Positions 1 through 9,615 are shown, counted from the stretch's first letter. The stretch is 53,260 bases of DNA from Gemmatimonadaceae bacterium (GCA_026786185.1 JAJAYP010000203.1:1-53260), one strand, 5' to 3'. Made by a program: numbers and translations. Notes: generated by a model from the sequence alone, not told the origin.

Positions 1-70
1 CCCCCTTCCCCCCCCCCGCCCCCCCCCCACCCCCAAAAAAAAAACCCCCCCCCCCCCCCCGGGGGGGGCC
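1..70. other. Homopolymer/low-complexity tract at the contig start (runs of C, A, C, G); probably a sequencing or assembly artefact
   Basis: Direct reading: C-runs, then A10, then a long C-run, then G8. No ORF or structure is present. Confidence 0.6.
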
Positions 71-98
71 CGTTTCATGACGGCGTGCGTCGAGGACG

Positions 99-779
99 TT
101 ACGGCGAGGGCGGAGCCGAGCCGCAGTCCTGCCGCGTGGGATCACAGGTGTACCCGCTCGCAACGATGTATCCGCTGAAGTGCTTGATGCGGCGAAACGA
201 GACGCCCGACCGCGTGTCGACGTACGTGCGGAGGGAGGCATCCAGCGCCGCATCGTTCTCCGGCTGGGCACCAAGTGTCGACGCGAAGAGGATCGTGAAC
301 CGGGACAGGTCGCTGGCGCTGCGCGCTTCCGGCGTGTGCATGTAGATCCAGACCCAGCGTGCAGGACTGGTGGAGGGCACGAAACGAAGCGCTGGCGTGA
401 AGTCCACCGCCCTGACCCCGCCCACGGTGCTCACCTGCGCAGTGATCGTGATCGAGCGAGTCAGCGGCTTGCAGGCGCTGTCCCACGTTCCCTCGCCATA
501 CGTGCTGCGCTCGGGATCGCAGATGCTGCGGGCAGGGAAGTAGACAGCATGGTTACCGACGAAGAACATGCCGCCCCACGGGCCCACCGTGAAGGTCGTG
601 GAGCCGTTCGCGACCTCGCCGCCGGAGAGCGAGAGCGACGGTGCGCCGGACGGCGCCAGCATCATCGATACCGGCGCGGCGCTCGGCGCGGCAGCAGGAG
701 CGACCAGGGAATCAGAGCAGCCAGTCACCACGCCGATGACGAGCGCGCTGGCGACCACGACCCAGTAATTGCGACGCAT
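99..779 (-). CDS. Hypothetical lipoprotein
   Basis: The internal ATG at 779 gives MRRNYWVVVASALVIGVVTGCSD, a signal peptide with lipobox VTGC. The body is protein-like and I recognise no family. Confidence 0.55.
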   Translation of the reverse strand: MRRNYWVVVASALVIGVVTGCSDSLVAPAAAPSAAPVSMMLAPSGAPSLSLSGGEVANGSTTFTVGPWGGMFFVGNHAVYFPARSICDPERSTYGEGTWDSACKPLTRSITITAQVSTVGGVRAVDFTPALRFVPSTSPARWVWIYMHTPEARSASDLSRFTILFASTLGAQPENDAALDASLRTYVDTRSGVSFRRIKHFSGYIVASGYTCDPTRQDCGSAPPSP

Positions 780-916
780 GAGCTTACCCCGCGATATGCG
801 GTGAGCGTGCGGGTACACCCGCAATGACCAGCGGACGCACTCGAACGGTATGTGGGGAGAACTCTCCAGCGAGCGCCACCAGCTCCGGCGGCCCCCCGTC
901 TCCTTTCTGTAGATAC

Positions 917-945
917 AGTCTACCGAGCCCGTCTGGATCGGTCAA
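917..945 (-). promoter_or_regulatory. Sigma70-like promoter candidate (TTGACC-17 nt-TAGACT) for the lipoprotein gene
   Basis: Minus strand reads TTGACC (945-940), a 17-nt spacer, then TAGACT (922-917). It lies in an unusually AT-rich patch overlapping the stop of the upstream gene. A second TTGACA sits at 963-958. Confidence 0.3.
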
Positions 946-3900
946 TAGTGGATTTACTGTCAAATAACAATACAGCGAAGCGATCTCTGATCTTCGGGTT
1001 ACCCAACACTTCCGGCCTGGCGCCATAGCGCTGAGCGGCACGCTCCATCAGGGCGGGGGCGAGCGGGTGAATGTCGTCCCAGAACTCGGCCGTCAGCCAG
1101 GCGGCGGCGTAAACATCTGTAGGGTCCGCCAGATCGAGCGCCCGCTCCAACGCCGCCGGCATGTCGAGCGCATGACCGTCGAGATGCTGCAGTCGAAGCA
1201 GGAGCGCCTCGCCCAGTTCGCGCCCCTGGAACCAGTCCGCGCGCGATTCGAGGAACCGGTTCACCTGGGTCGCCGCCACTCGCGCGTCCGCCTCGTACCC
1301 GGCTTCCAGTCGCGACAGGCCATAGCCGGCGCGGGCGCCCTCCTGCACCTCCAACTGTCCGATCCGTTCGGCCAGGGCCACGACGAGTTCATAGGTATCG
1401 CCGGCCAACCGGTGCCGGCCGAGGTCCCGCTCGAGGTGTGCGAGGTTATAGGTCGCATACAGTTGGAGCTGACTGTTCTGTACGGCGGCGCACAGCTGCA
1501 GCGCCTGCCCGAGCTGCTCGGCCGCGACCTCGTACTCACCGATGCGAGCGGCCGTTACACCGAGATTCAGCGCGGCGTGTCCCCACATCTCGGTGAGTCC
1601 CGCCGTGCGGGCTTCGTCCGCCGCGGACTGCAGCGCCTGACGCGCTTCCGCCCAGTTGTTCTGGATGAGTTCCAGCACGCCCAGGTTGATCAGGCAGCGC
1701 ACGCGACGAACGATCTCACCGAGCTCGGTCGAGATCTGCAGGGCCCGGTGATGCAACGCGCGGGCACGTGCCGGCTCCGTGAACTGCACCGTGATCGCGC
1801 AGCGAATGCAGGCATCGGCGATGAGCAGTCGATCACCGACGCGTTCAGCAATGGCCAGTGACTCTTCAGCGACGCCCTTCGACGCACCGGGATCACCCAG
1901 TCGCCAATGCGTTTGCGAGATCAGGAGCAGGATGGCCGCCCGCTCGGGCGCCGCGTTCGCCTCGCGCGCCTCGGCTTCGAGCGCGAGGAGCGCTTCCAGC
2001 GTGTCACGGGCCGATTGCCCGCGCTGAATCCGTACCATCATCCGAGTCCGCTTGACGCGGAGGGCGTGAAGCTGGTCGCCACGTCCTTCGTAGAACGCCA
2101 GCGCGAGCTCACACAGCGCCTCGGCTTCCTCATACCGACCCGCTACCTCCGCCAGTGACGCCATTCGCACCCGCACCTCAGCCAGCGCGTCTTCCGAAGG
2201 CGCCGTGCGCTCGGCCGCGGCGAGCAGCGTGGACGCCGCGCCGTTCTCATAGAGCGCCAACGCCGCGTCGGCCGCCAGGAGCGAATATTCGTGCGCCTCG
2301 CGTTCGGCGCCCGCGGCGGCGAAATGCATCGCGATCTCATTCGCGGATCCGGCGCTCCGCCCGGCGAGGACGACGGCGGCGCGGTGATGCAGCGCGGCGC
2401 GGCGGCCATCGTCGAGCAGCGCGCGCGTGGCCCGCGCCACCTCGTCGTGCGCGAACGCAAATGCACCGCGCACTCGCTCGAACGTCGGCACGACGAGCTC
2501 CACAGCCAGCAAGCGCGCCAGTCCCTCGACGACGTCAGTCATCGGCAGGAGCGTCATCTGCTCGAGCAGGTCCTCGTCGCAGTCGTGCGCGAGCACGGAG
2601 GCCGCCTCGAGCACGGCGCGGGCCGATGAGGGCAGGCGTTCGATACGCCGCTCGAGCAGCTCCTGCAGCGTGGCCTGTGGCGGAAGGTTCGCCGCGGCGC
2701 TCCATCGCCACCGCGATCCCTCGAACGCGAGGTGCCCGCTCTCCTCCAGGTCGCGTAGCAGATGCGTCAGCAGGAGCGGATTACCCTCCGTCTGCCGGTA
2801 CACGTACGCCAGCAGATCGCGGCCGACATCCTCGCCGCGCATGGCCGCCTCGAGCCATCGCTTCACGTCGTCGCGCGTGAGGCGCGTGAGGCGAAGCTCG
2901 TGATGGCGCGGGCGCGTCACGAGTCGCGCCCAGCGATCCGTGACGTCGTCGTACTCCTCGCCCGTGCGAAAGCTGAGCGAGATCAGGATACGCTCGCTCT
3001 CCAGCTGCGGAATCAGATACTCGAGCGCATCCCACGAGGCCGCATCCACCCATTGCAGCTCTTCCAGGTGGAGAATCAGTGGCCGCTGTTGCGCACCCAG
3101 CCGCAGGAAATCGGCGAGCTCCTCGAGGAGACGGATCTTGCTGCGTCCGCGCGGTGCGTCTTCCTCCGCCCGCTCGAGCGTCGGATCGAGCGACGGCAGC
3201 TCGCGCCAGACGCGCGTGCTCTTCACCGGAAGCCGGCGAACGGCGCGGAGCACGTCACTCCAGAGGGCATAGGGCGCGTCGCGAGTGCTTTCCCTGCACG
3301 CGGCGAGCACGAGCGAACCGCCGCGCATCCGCACCTCGGGCTCCAGTGTCCGGACCAGCGCGCTCGTCCCCACGCCTGTTTCCCCGATCACCGCCACAAC
3401 GTGACCCACGCCACGCACCATGTCATCCAGCGCGTCGGTCAGCTGGGTCAGCTGCTCCGTTCGACCGACGAAGCGACCGACCTCCAGGGTGTTCCGTCGT
3501 CCCGCGAGCGCGAACGCGAGGCCGTCACGACCGGCGATGACGCGGCTGGCCCGAGCCGCTGCGAGCAACTCGTCCATCGTGACACCGTGCTCCGGCGCGC
3601 ACGCGATGCCGATGGAAAGCGTGAGGCGCAGCGAACGATCGGACGCGCCTCCGGAGAACACGTGCGTGCGCGTCGCCGCGAGCAGACGTTCGGCCACGGC
3701 GTCGGCCACGAGTCCGGGCGCATCGAGTAAAACGATGAGCTCGTCCCCCGCCGTGGCCACCGCATCGGTGCCACGGAGATTCCGGCGTGCGAACAGGGTG
3801 AGCTCCCGCACCAGCGCGTCGGCCCGTGTGTCGCTCAACTCCCGCCGGATCGCCTCCATGCCGTCAGGGAGCAGCGACCAGATGACCACGCGACGGTGCG

Positions 3901-4126
3901 GCAACGCGGCGCGTGCCGCGACGACGAGATCGTCGTAGGCGAGCTGACGCGCAAAATCATCGGCGAGAAAGGTTGGTGAGATCAACAGCGGGCCGGAGTC
4001 GGGACCGTTCGGTGTGACGTGATGCGGAGGAGCTTCAGTACCTAGACGAGTCCGAGGCCCGGACGCAAGCGCCGAGTCGAGCCGGCGCCTTAACCTTTTC
4101 TCACCTGTGACGTCTTCCGCGTACAT
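920..4126 (-). CDS. Multidomain signalling protein: degenerate GGDEF-like domain + P-loop NTPase (AAA_16/STAND-like) + long TPR region
   Basis: The N-terminal fold-like stretch ends ...TDAVATAGDELIVLLD..LRLTLSIGIA, with AGDEL in place of GGDEF. Walker A is VIGETGVGTSALV. The C-terminal ~500 aa are TPR-like helical repeats. The start is taken at MYAEDV (4126); the ORF extends to 4192. Confidence 0.7.
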   Translation of the reverse strand: MYAEDVTGEKRLRRRLDSALASGPRTRLGTEAPPHHVTPNGPDSGPLLISPTFLADDFARQLAYDDLVVAARAALPHRRVVIWSLLPDGMEAIRRELSDTRADALVRELTLFARRNLRGTDAVATAGDELIVLLDAPGLVADAVAERLLAATRTHVFSGGASDRSLRLTLSIGIACAPEHGVTMDELLAAARASRVIAGRDGLAFALAGRRNTLEVGRFVGRTEQLTQLTDALDDMVRGVGHVVAVIGETGVGTSALVRTLEPEVRMRGGSLVLAACRESTRDAPYALWSDVLRAVRRLPVKSTRVWRELPSLDPTLERAEEDAPRGRSKIRLLEELADFLRLGAQQRPLILHLEELQWVDAASWDALEYLIPQLESERILISLSFRTGEEYDDVTDRWARLVTRPRHHELRLTRLTRDDVKRWLEAAMRGEDVGRDLLAYVYRQTEGNPLLLTHLLRDLEESGHLAFEGSRWRWSAAANLPPQATLQELLERRIERLPSSARAVLEAASVLAHDCDEDLLEQMTLLPMTDVVEGLARLLAVELVVPTFERVRGAFAFAHDEVARATRALLDDGRRAALHHRAAVVLAGRSAGSANEIAMHFAAAGAEREAHEYSLLAADAALALYENGAASTLLAAAERTAPSEDALAEVRVRMASLAEVAGRYEEAEALCELALAFYEGRGDQLHALRVKRTRMMVRIQRGQSARDTLEALLALEAEAREANAAPERAAILLLISQTHWRLGDPGASKGVAEESLAIAERVGDRLLIADACIRCAITVQFTEPARARALHHRALQISTELGEIVRRVRCLINLGVLELIQNNWAEARQALQSAADEARTAGLTEMWGHAALNLGVTAARIGEYEVAAEQLGQALQLCAAVQNSQLQLYATYNLAHLERDLGRHRLAGDTYELVVALAERIGQLEVQEGARAGYGLSRLEAGYEADARVAATQVNRFLESRADWFQGRELGEALLLRLQHLDGHALDMPAALERALDLADPTDVYAAAWLTAEFWDDIHPLAPALMERAAQRYGARPEVLGNPKIRDRFAVLLFDSKSTIDRSRRAR

Positions 4127-4386
4127 CCTGCCACCGGACGACCCTCGCATGTACTCGAGCCACACGCTTCGCTGGGCTTCCCTCGTCCTCATCGCCGGCT
4201 GTGCGGCGCCGATCCAGCGCGTCCCCTCCAGTACGCGTGCGGAGGACGCAACGGCACCGCACGGTCATGTGCCAACGGCATCGCGAGAGCAGACGGCCGA
4301 CCAGCAGGTTCAATTGCCGCGCTCGTCGCCGTGGCTCGGGATGCTGTGATGTCAGGGCGTGCGGCCTGCTGCCGCGCGTCAGTCGC

Positions 4387-6573
4387 TCAGAATCGAAAGA
4401 TCCGACGAAGCACCTTCCCGATTCCCTCCACGCCCTTCTGAACGGGCTCCGGGATTCGTCCATCGAGCGTGTCGGGCCAGACGGGATCTTCCTGCACCTC
4501 TTCCTCGTAGTGCGCGTTGCAGACTTCGGTCGGCTCCGTGCCGGGCTTGAACCACTGGCGTTGCCGCACCGGGCAGAATTCGCCCGCGAGCAGTCCGGTC
4601 GTCGGGTCGATGACTCGCATCGTCATGCCGTTCGGCGGACGCCAGCCGTTGGCCGACGACGCGGGTTCACGCCATCCATTCAGGTAGAATTCGGCCCAGG
4701 TCGGTGCGGCCAGCTTTCCCCCTGATGCATGCGGAGCGATGGCGCGCGGCGTGTCGTAGCCGAACCAGACGCCAGCGACGAGCGAGGGCGTGTACCCCAC
4801 GAACCAGACGTCGGCGGCATTGTTCGTCGTGCCTGTCTTCCCCGCCACGGGTCCCTTGACGCCCATGTCACGGACGACGCGCGCCGTTCCGTTGTCCACG
4901 ACGCCGCGCAGCATCGACGTGAGCTGGAACGCGTCCCGCGGGTCCATCATCGTGTCGGGCGGCGCGATCTCGGCGCTCCAGAGCACCGTGCCATCCGCCG
5001 CCTCGATGCGCCGCACCAGTCGAGGGTGCACGCGCAGCCCACCATTCGCGAAGGTGGCGTAGGCGGCGACCAGCTCCAGCGGCGTGACTTCCACGGCACC
5101 CAATGCCATCGCCGGAAAATTGGGCAGCGCGCTGGTGATACCGCTCCGACGGGCCGCGTCGATCACGTTGGCGATGCCGACCGTCTGGCTCACGCGCACG
5201 GCGGCGGCGTTCGAGGAGACCGCGAGTGCCTTGGCGATCGTGATGGTGCCGATGTAGCTGTCGTCGTAATTGGCGGGCCGCCAGATCTTGCGCCCCTGCG
5301 CGATCTCGACCGGCTCGTCGTCCACCAAGGTCGCCGGCGTCATGCCCGACCTGAGCGCCGCCGCGTAGACGAACGGCTTGAACGCCGAGCCGGGTTGCCG
5401 CTTGGCGGCGAACGCGCGATTGAAGCCGCGCGTGCTGCGGCGTCCTCCGACCAGCGCGCGGATGTCGCCCGTGCGGGGGTCGAGTGCCACGAGGGCACCC
5501 TGCGCGGCGTCTCGCACGCGACCCCCGGCGTACTGCGTCTCGCGCGTGACGGCCGTCGTGCCGCGCAGCACCGCACGCTCGGCCGCACGCTGCGCGGCGA
5601 GGTCGAGCGTGGTGTATACCGTCACGTCACCGTCCTGCAATGCGTCCGGCAGGATCGAATCGATGAAGACGCGAACCGCGTCGAGCGCGAGCGGTTCGTC
5701 CCTGGTATCCGGTCGCCACTCGTTCTCGGCGATGCGGAGGGGCGTGCTGGTGGCGCGTGCGGCCTGTTCCGTCGTGAGATATCCCGTCTCCCGCATCAGC
5801 GAGATCACGAGATCACGACGCTTGAGCCCGCGTTCGTAGTGATCGCGCGGCGTGTACGCGCTGGGACCCTTGGGCAGCGCGGCGAGCAGCGCCCCCTCGC
5901 TCACGGACAGCTGGCCGACCCGCTTTCCGAACAGGTCACGGCTCGCGGCCTCGACGCCGTTCATCCCGTTGCCGAGGTAGATCACATTGAGGTACAGCTC
6001 GAGGATCTGATCCTTCGTCAGTTCACTCTCGATGAGCTGGGTGAGCCGCAGCTCGATGAGCTTGCGCCGTAGCGACCGGCCGCGCTGGTTGACGAGAAAC
6101 GAATTCCGGGCGACCTGCATCGTGATGGTGCTGAAGCCCTCGCGCACGCCACCGCCGCGGACGTTGGCGACCGCGGCGCGAAAGAAGCCGCGCCAATCGA
6201 GTCCGTTGTGCTCGTAGAAGCGCCGGTCTTCCGTCGCGAGGAATGCCTCGCGCACGAAGGTGGGGATGTCGGTCAACGGAACATTCACCCGGCGCACGAT
6301 GGCGATGCGTCCGAGGTACCGGTCGTTCTGATCGAGAATCCGGCCTCCCTCGCCGGGCCGGAACGCACGGATCTCGCTCCGCGCGGGACAACCGGAGAAG
6401 GCACAGGTCGCGAGCCACACGTCGAACAGCACCAGCGACACGCAGACGACGCCCAACGCGGAGAGCGCGCGCCAGTGCCGACGCATCCACGCGCGCGCAG
6501 GCTCGCCGTCGCCACGCAGTCGCTGGCGGAAGAGTGCGCGTCGTTCGGACAGCCGGAGGGAGAGGCGGGACAC
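4387..6573 (-). CDS. mrcA: Class A penicillin-binding protein (PBP1A; glycosyltransferase GT51 + transpeptidase)
   Basis: GT51 motifs EDRRFYEHNGLD and RKLIELRLT are present. Transpeptidase motifs are SAFKP (SxxK), SSN and KTGT. There is an N-terminal TM anchor. Confidence 0.9.
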   Translation of the reverse strand: MSRLSLRLSERRALFRQRLRGDGEPARAWMRRHWRALSALGVVCVSLVLFDVWLATCAFSGCPARSEIRAFRPGEGGRILDQNDRYLGRIAIVRRVNVPLTDIPTFVREAFLATEDRRFYEHNGLDWRGFFRAAVANVRGGGVREGFSTITMQVARNSFLVNQRGRSLRRKLIELRLTQLIESELTKDQILELYLNVIYLGNGMNGVEAASRDLFGKRVGQLSVSEGALLAALPKGPSAYTPRDHYERGLKRRDLVISLMRETGYLTTEQAARATSTPLRIAENEWRPDTRDEPLALDAVRVFIDSILPDALQDGDVTVYTTLDLAAQRAAERAVLRGTTAVTRETQYAGGRVRDAAQGALVALDPRTGDIRALVGGRRSTRGFNRAFAAKRQPGSAFKPFVYAAALRSGMTPATLVDDEPVEIAQGRKIWRPANYDDSYIGTITIAKALAVSSNAAAVRVSQTVGIANVIDAARRSGITSALPNFPAMALGAVEVTPLELVAAYATFANGGLRVHPRLVRRIEAADGTVLWSAEIAPPDTMMDPRDAFQLTSMLRGVVDNGTARVVRDMGVKGPVAGKTGTTNNAADVWFVGYTPSLVAGVWFGYDTPRAIAPHASGGKLAAPTWAEFYLNGWREPASSANGWRPPNGMTMRVIDPTTGLLAGEFCPVRQRQWFKPGTEPTEVCNAHYEEEVQEDPVWPDTLDGRIPEPVQKGVEGIGKVLRRIFRF

Positions 6574-6730
6574 GGTCGGGGTGCGAGGGTCTCTATTCTG
6601 GTACGGGTGCTGCGGAAGCAGGTTTCCGGCCGCGGCAGACCAACTGGTCTGGATGACCCGCGCTCGACCCGTCAGATCGCGGGATGCTCCCGTGCTCGCT
6701 TGCTCTTCCTTATCACCCCGAAGGCTCGAA

Positions 6731-7759
6731 ATGGATCACCGGAAGCTCTGCCTCCTTCTGCTCGCCGCCGCCTGTTCGACTGGTGAGGCGCCGCCAGCCC
6801 AGCGTGGGGTGACGACAGGCGACTCGGCAGTCGCATCACCTGGAGGGACCGGCGTGACGCGTTCCACCACGACCTCCGGCGAGGCCGGGGGAACGATCAC
6901 GGCGGCCGTCGGTCCCGCCAACCTGCAGGGGCGCATTCCCGTGCTCGAGTATCACGTGATCGGCGGAGACAAGAACACGTTGTACACGCGGACCGTCGCC
7001 AGCTATCGAAGCGATCTCGACTCCGCGTACAAGCTCGGGTATCGCCCGATCACGATGGCGCAGATGCTCGACAAGGATTTCCGCGACGTGCCGGCCGGCA
7101 TGGCCCCCGTCGTCGTGGTGTTCGATGACGCATCCGACTCGCAGTTCCGCTATCTGGAGCAGAACGGTGCGCTCATCGTCGATCCGACGAGCGCACTCGG
7201 GATCTGGGAAGACTTCGCGCGCACGCACCCGGGGTGGAAGCCGCGCGCGGTGTTCTGCATGCTGAACGGCGGTGCAGCCGGTCACAATTTCTTCGGCGAC
7301 AATCCCAAGTTCAACGGCCAGAAAAAGGAGTGGCGGTTTCCCAAGGTGAAGTATCTCGCCGATCAGGGCCACGAATTGTGTGTGCACACGCTGTGGCACG
7401 CGAAGCTCAGCCAGTACCCGGACAACGTCGTGCAGGAGCAGATCGCGCGGAACGCGATGGGCATCGACTCCGTGGTGCCCGGATACAGGATCCGCACGAT
7501 CGCGCTGCCGTACGGACTCTGGCCGAAGAACCGTCCGCTCGCATGGCAGGGCAGCTGGACCGATCCGAAGACCGGGAAGGCACATCCCTACAAGTTCGAC
7601 GCAGTGCTGGAGGTGGCGGGCGGTCCGGCTCGCGGGCCATACGATCCGCAATTCAATCCCAGGAGCGTCAACCGGATCCAGGCGATCGGCAACGACATCG
7701 TCCGAACGCTGACCACGTTGCAACAGAGCAACACGCGACTCGTGGTCGGGGCGAAGTAG
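6731..7759 (+). CDS. Polysaccharide deacetylase (NodB-homology) family lipoprotein
   Basis: ATG at 6731 gives MDHRKLCLLLLAAACS (lipobox LAAC). NodB-like motifs VVFDDASDS and HTLWH are present. Confidence 0.65.
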   Translation: MDHRKLCLLLLAAACSTGEAPPAQRGVTTGDSAVASPGGTGVTRSTTTSGEAGGTITAAVGPANLQGRIPVLEYHVIGGDKNTLYTRTVASYRSDLDSAYKLGYRPITMAQMLDKDFRDVPAGMAPVVVVFDDASDSQFRYLEQNGALIVDPTSALGIWEDFARTHPGWKPRAVFCMLNGGAAGHNFFGDNPKFNGQKKEWRFPKVKYLADQGHELCVHTLWHAKLSQYPDNVVQEQIARNAMGIDSVVPGYRIRTIALPYGLWPKNRPLAWQGSWTDPKTGKAHPYKFDAVLEVAGGPARGPYDPQFNPRSVNRIQAIGNDIVRTLTTLQQSNTRLVVGAK

Positions 7760-7926
7760 GCACGGCGCATCGGGCGCGGCTCGCGCGCTCGCGCTGCGCT
7801 GCGAGTGCGCGTGCTGAGTCGGGCAGGGTGGTGCCGTGTCGCGCTGTGTCGTGTGTCACCAGCAATCGCGCGACATCGGTGCTCGTCAGTGAGTCCGCTG
7901 CGCTGACGGACGTGCATTGTGGATAA

Positions 7927-7970
7927 TGTCACGAATGACGGGTATTTCTGTCACGAAATGCCCTTGTTCG
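7927..7970 (+). promoter_or_regulatory. Direct-repeat cis element (TGTCACGAA x2, 22-nt spacing) upstream of the TPR gene
   Basis: TGTCACGAA occurs at 7927 and 7949. The 22-mer at 7949-7970 matches the minus-strand 22-mer at 9573-9552 at 17 of 22 positions (hand alignment). Confidence 0.5.
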
Positions 7971-8044
7971 TTCGTCGCCATCCTGCGAATGTCCATGGTG
8001 CCTGATGGGCGTATGCTGTGTAGGGTCCGGAACCGGAGAGTGCA

Positions 8045-9286
8045 GTGTCGAATCACATCGAAGGCGCTCGGCACCTGCCGTTCTTCTCCGAGCTGGCGGG
8101 CCTCGAGGAGGACGATGCGTCGTGGCGCGCCGTGAGCGCGGGCCTCGTTGTGCTTCGCCTCGTGGATGCGTGGATCGAGGAGGGCGCGGCAGCTGTAGTC
8201 GACGACGGGTGGGGCATGCGCTCCGTCGAGGCGTCGATCGAGGAGATGCCGGCGCGGCTGCCCGCCCGGGCCATTCTCCGGAGTGTCGTCGACGCCATCA
8301 GGACGTCGGACCCCAGTGACATGCATGCGATCGCCCCGCGACTGATGGCGTATGCGCGTGCGCTCGACCTCGACGCGAAGTGGGCGTTGGCAGCGGATGT
8401 GTACGAAAGCATCATTGCGCACGTCCATCCGGTCGAGGAATCGGATGTGGCGATCGCCGCGCATCTCCGTCTCGGCTACTGCCTGCGGAGCATGGGCGCG
8501 CTGGACGAGGCGGCGCGAAGCTACGATGCCGCCAGTGCGATTGCGCATGACGTCGACGACATGTTCGGCATCCTCCGCGCGCAGATCGGCGCCGCCAAGA
8601 TCGCGATAGCGCGCGGCAACCTGCCGATGGCCGAGCAGCTGCTCGAGGACACGATCGAGCGTGCGGCGTCGCGCGCGGACCTCGTCGACGTGCATGCGAT
8701 GGCGCTGCAGGACAGGGCGGACGTCGCGTATCATCGGGGTCGCTACGACCTGTCCGTCGAGCTCGCGTACTCCTCGCTCGAGATCACGCGCGACCCGGTC
8801 GAGCGCGATCGACTGCTCGGCGGCATCGCCGGCGCATTCTACATGCTCGGTGTTCGCAGCGCGGCGCGAGACGCCTACCTCGTCATCGAGGCGACGACCC
8901 AGGAGGAGTACCTCCGCTGGTCCGCGTCGATCAACCTCATGGAGATCGCGGCGCGGGACGGATCGATGCCACTCTTCGAGCGCTACCGTCGCACACTGGC
9001 GACGATGCCCTTCCCCCCGGCGCTCGAGGCGCAGTACCTCCTGCAGGTCGCCGAGAGCCACGAGGCACTCGCGCAGCCTGAAGCCGCCTTCGCATCGGCC
9101 GAGCGTGCGCGGGCGATCGCGGAGCGGTTCGGCTTCAATCAGACTGCGTTCGCGGCGGACGCCGTCGCGGCACGCGTTCGGACTCGCACCACGGTATCGG
9201 TGCAGGTCCCGGAGGCCGCCGTACCGGATTCACTGAAGACGATTGCGTCGAAGATCAGCGAGATGCGCCGGCTCGTTCCGCAGTGA
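8045..9286 (+). CDS. TPR-like helical repeat protein (GTG start)
   Basis: The composition is protein-like with repeated A/L-rich helix pairs (..AAHLRLGYCLRSMGALDEAARSYDAA.., ..AQYLLQVAESHEALAQPEAA..). The opposite-strand ORF 7886..9061 is Arg-rich junk. Confidence 0.6.
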   Translation: MSNHIEGARHLPFFSELAGLEEDDASWRAVSAGLVVLRLVDAWIEEGAAAVVDDGWGMRSVEASIEEMPARLPARAILRSVVDAIRTSDPSDMHAIAPRLMAYARALDLDAKWALAADVYESIIAHVHPVEESDVAIAAHLRLGYCLRSMGALDEAARSYDAASAIAHDVDDMFGILRAQIGAAKIAIARGNLPMAEQLLEDTIERAASRADLVDVHAMALQDRADVAYHRGRYDLSVELAYSSLEITRDPVERDRLLGGIAGAFYMLGVRSAARDAYLVIEATTQEEYLRWSASINLMEIAARDGSMPLFERYRRTLATMPFPPALEAQYLLQVAESHEALAQPEAAFASAERARAIAERFGFNQTAFAADAVAARVRTRTTVSVQVPEAAVPDSLKTIASKISEMRRLVPQ

Positions 9287-9313
9287 GCGAGCCGGGTCGA
9301 CCTGCCGAAACCG

Positions 9314-9481
9314 TCAGCCGTTGCTGCCCGTGGTGCCGATCCGGGGGGTGCTGTCAGCTGGAGCAGTGATCGGATCGAAGCGGGGGCCGGTGAGCTGGGG
9401 ACCCGTGGGTGAGGAATTGCATGCACTGACGAGGAGGGAGACAATTGCGACTGAGACGACGGTCAGGTTGCGGCGGGACAT
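9314..9481 (-). CDS. Small putative lipoprotein (55 aa)
   Basis: ATG at 9481 gives MSRRNLTVVSVAIVSLLVSACNSS (lipobox VSAC). It is short, so uncertain. Confidence 0.4.
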   Translation of the reverse strand: MSRRNLTVVSVAIVSLLVSACNSSPTGPQLTGPRFDPITAPADSTPRIGTTGSNG

Positions 9482-9551
9482 TGGCGACTCCAGTGTGAGG
9501 ACGAGACAGCCGATTGGACGGCTGCTTCGAACGTAGGGTCGACGTGCGTCG

Positions 9552-9594
9552 CGTAAACCGGCATTTTGTGACAAAAAAACCGGTTTTTGCGACA
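9552..9594 (-). promoter_or_regulatory. Tandem 21-nt cis element (TGTCGCAAAAA.. / TGTCACAAAATGCCGGTTTACG) upstream of the small lipoprotein gene and divergent from the AraC-type gene
   Basis: This is an AT-rich island in a GC-rich genome. Minus strand reads TGTCGCAAAAACCGGTTTTTT TGTCACAAAATGCCGGTTTACG. It has the same motif, orientation and distance to the start codon (92 vs 96 nt) as 7927-7970. Confidence 0.5.
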
Positions 9595-9615
9595 CTCTTC
9601 ACCCCGCGGCCCGCC

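Noticed and set aside
4349-4378. A GC-rich imperfect hairpin just downstream of the PBP1A stop, as an intrinsic terminator
   Set aside because: The stem has a mismatch plus a wobble, and no U-tract follows on the minus strand. The support is insufficient to annotate it.
7886-9061. A 391-aa minus-strand ORF overlapping the TPR gene
   Set aside because: It has an Arg/His/Asp-rich low-complexity composition and no motifs. The plus-strand frame 8045..9286 has coherent helical-repeat sequence.
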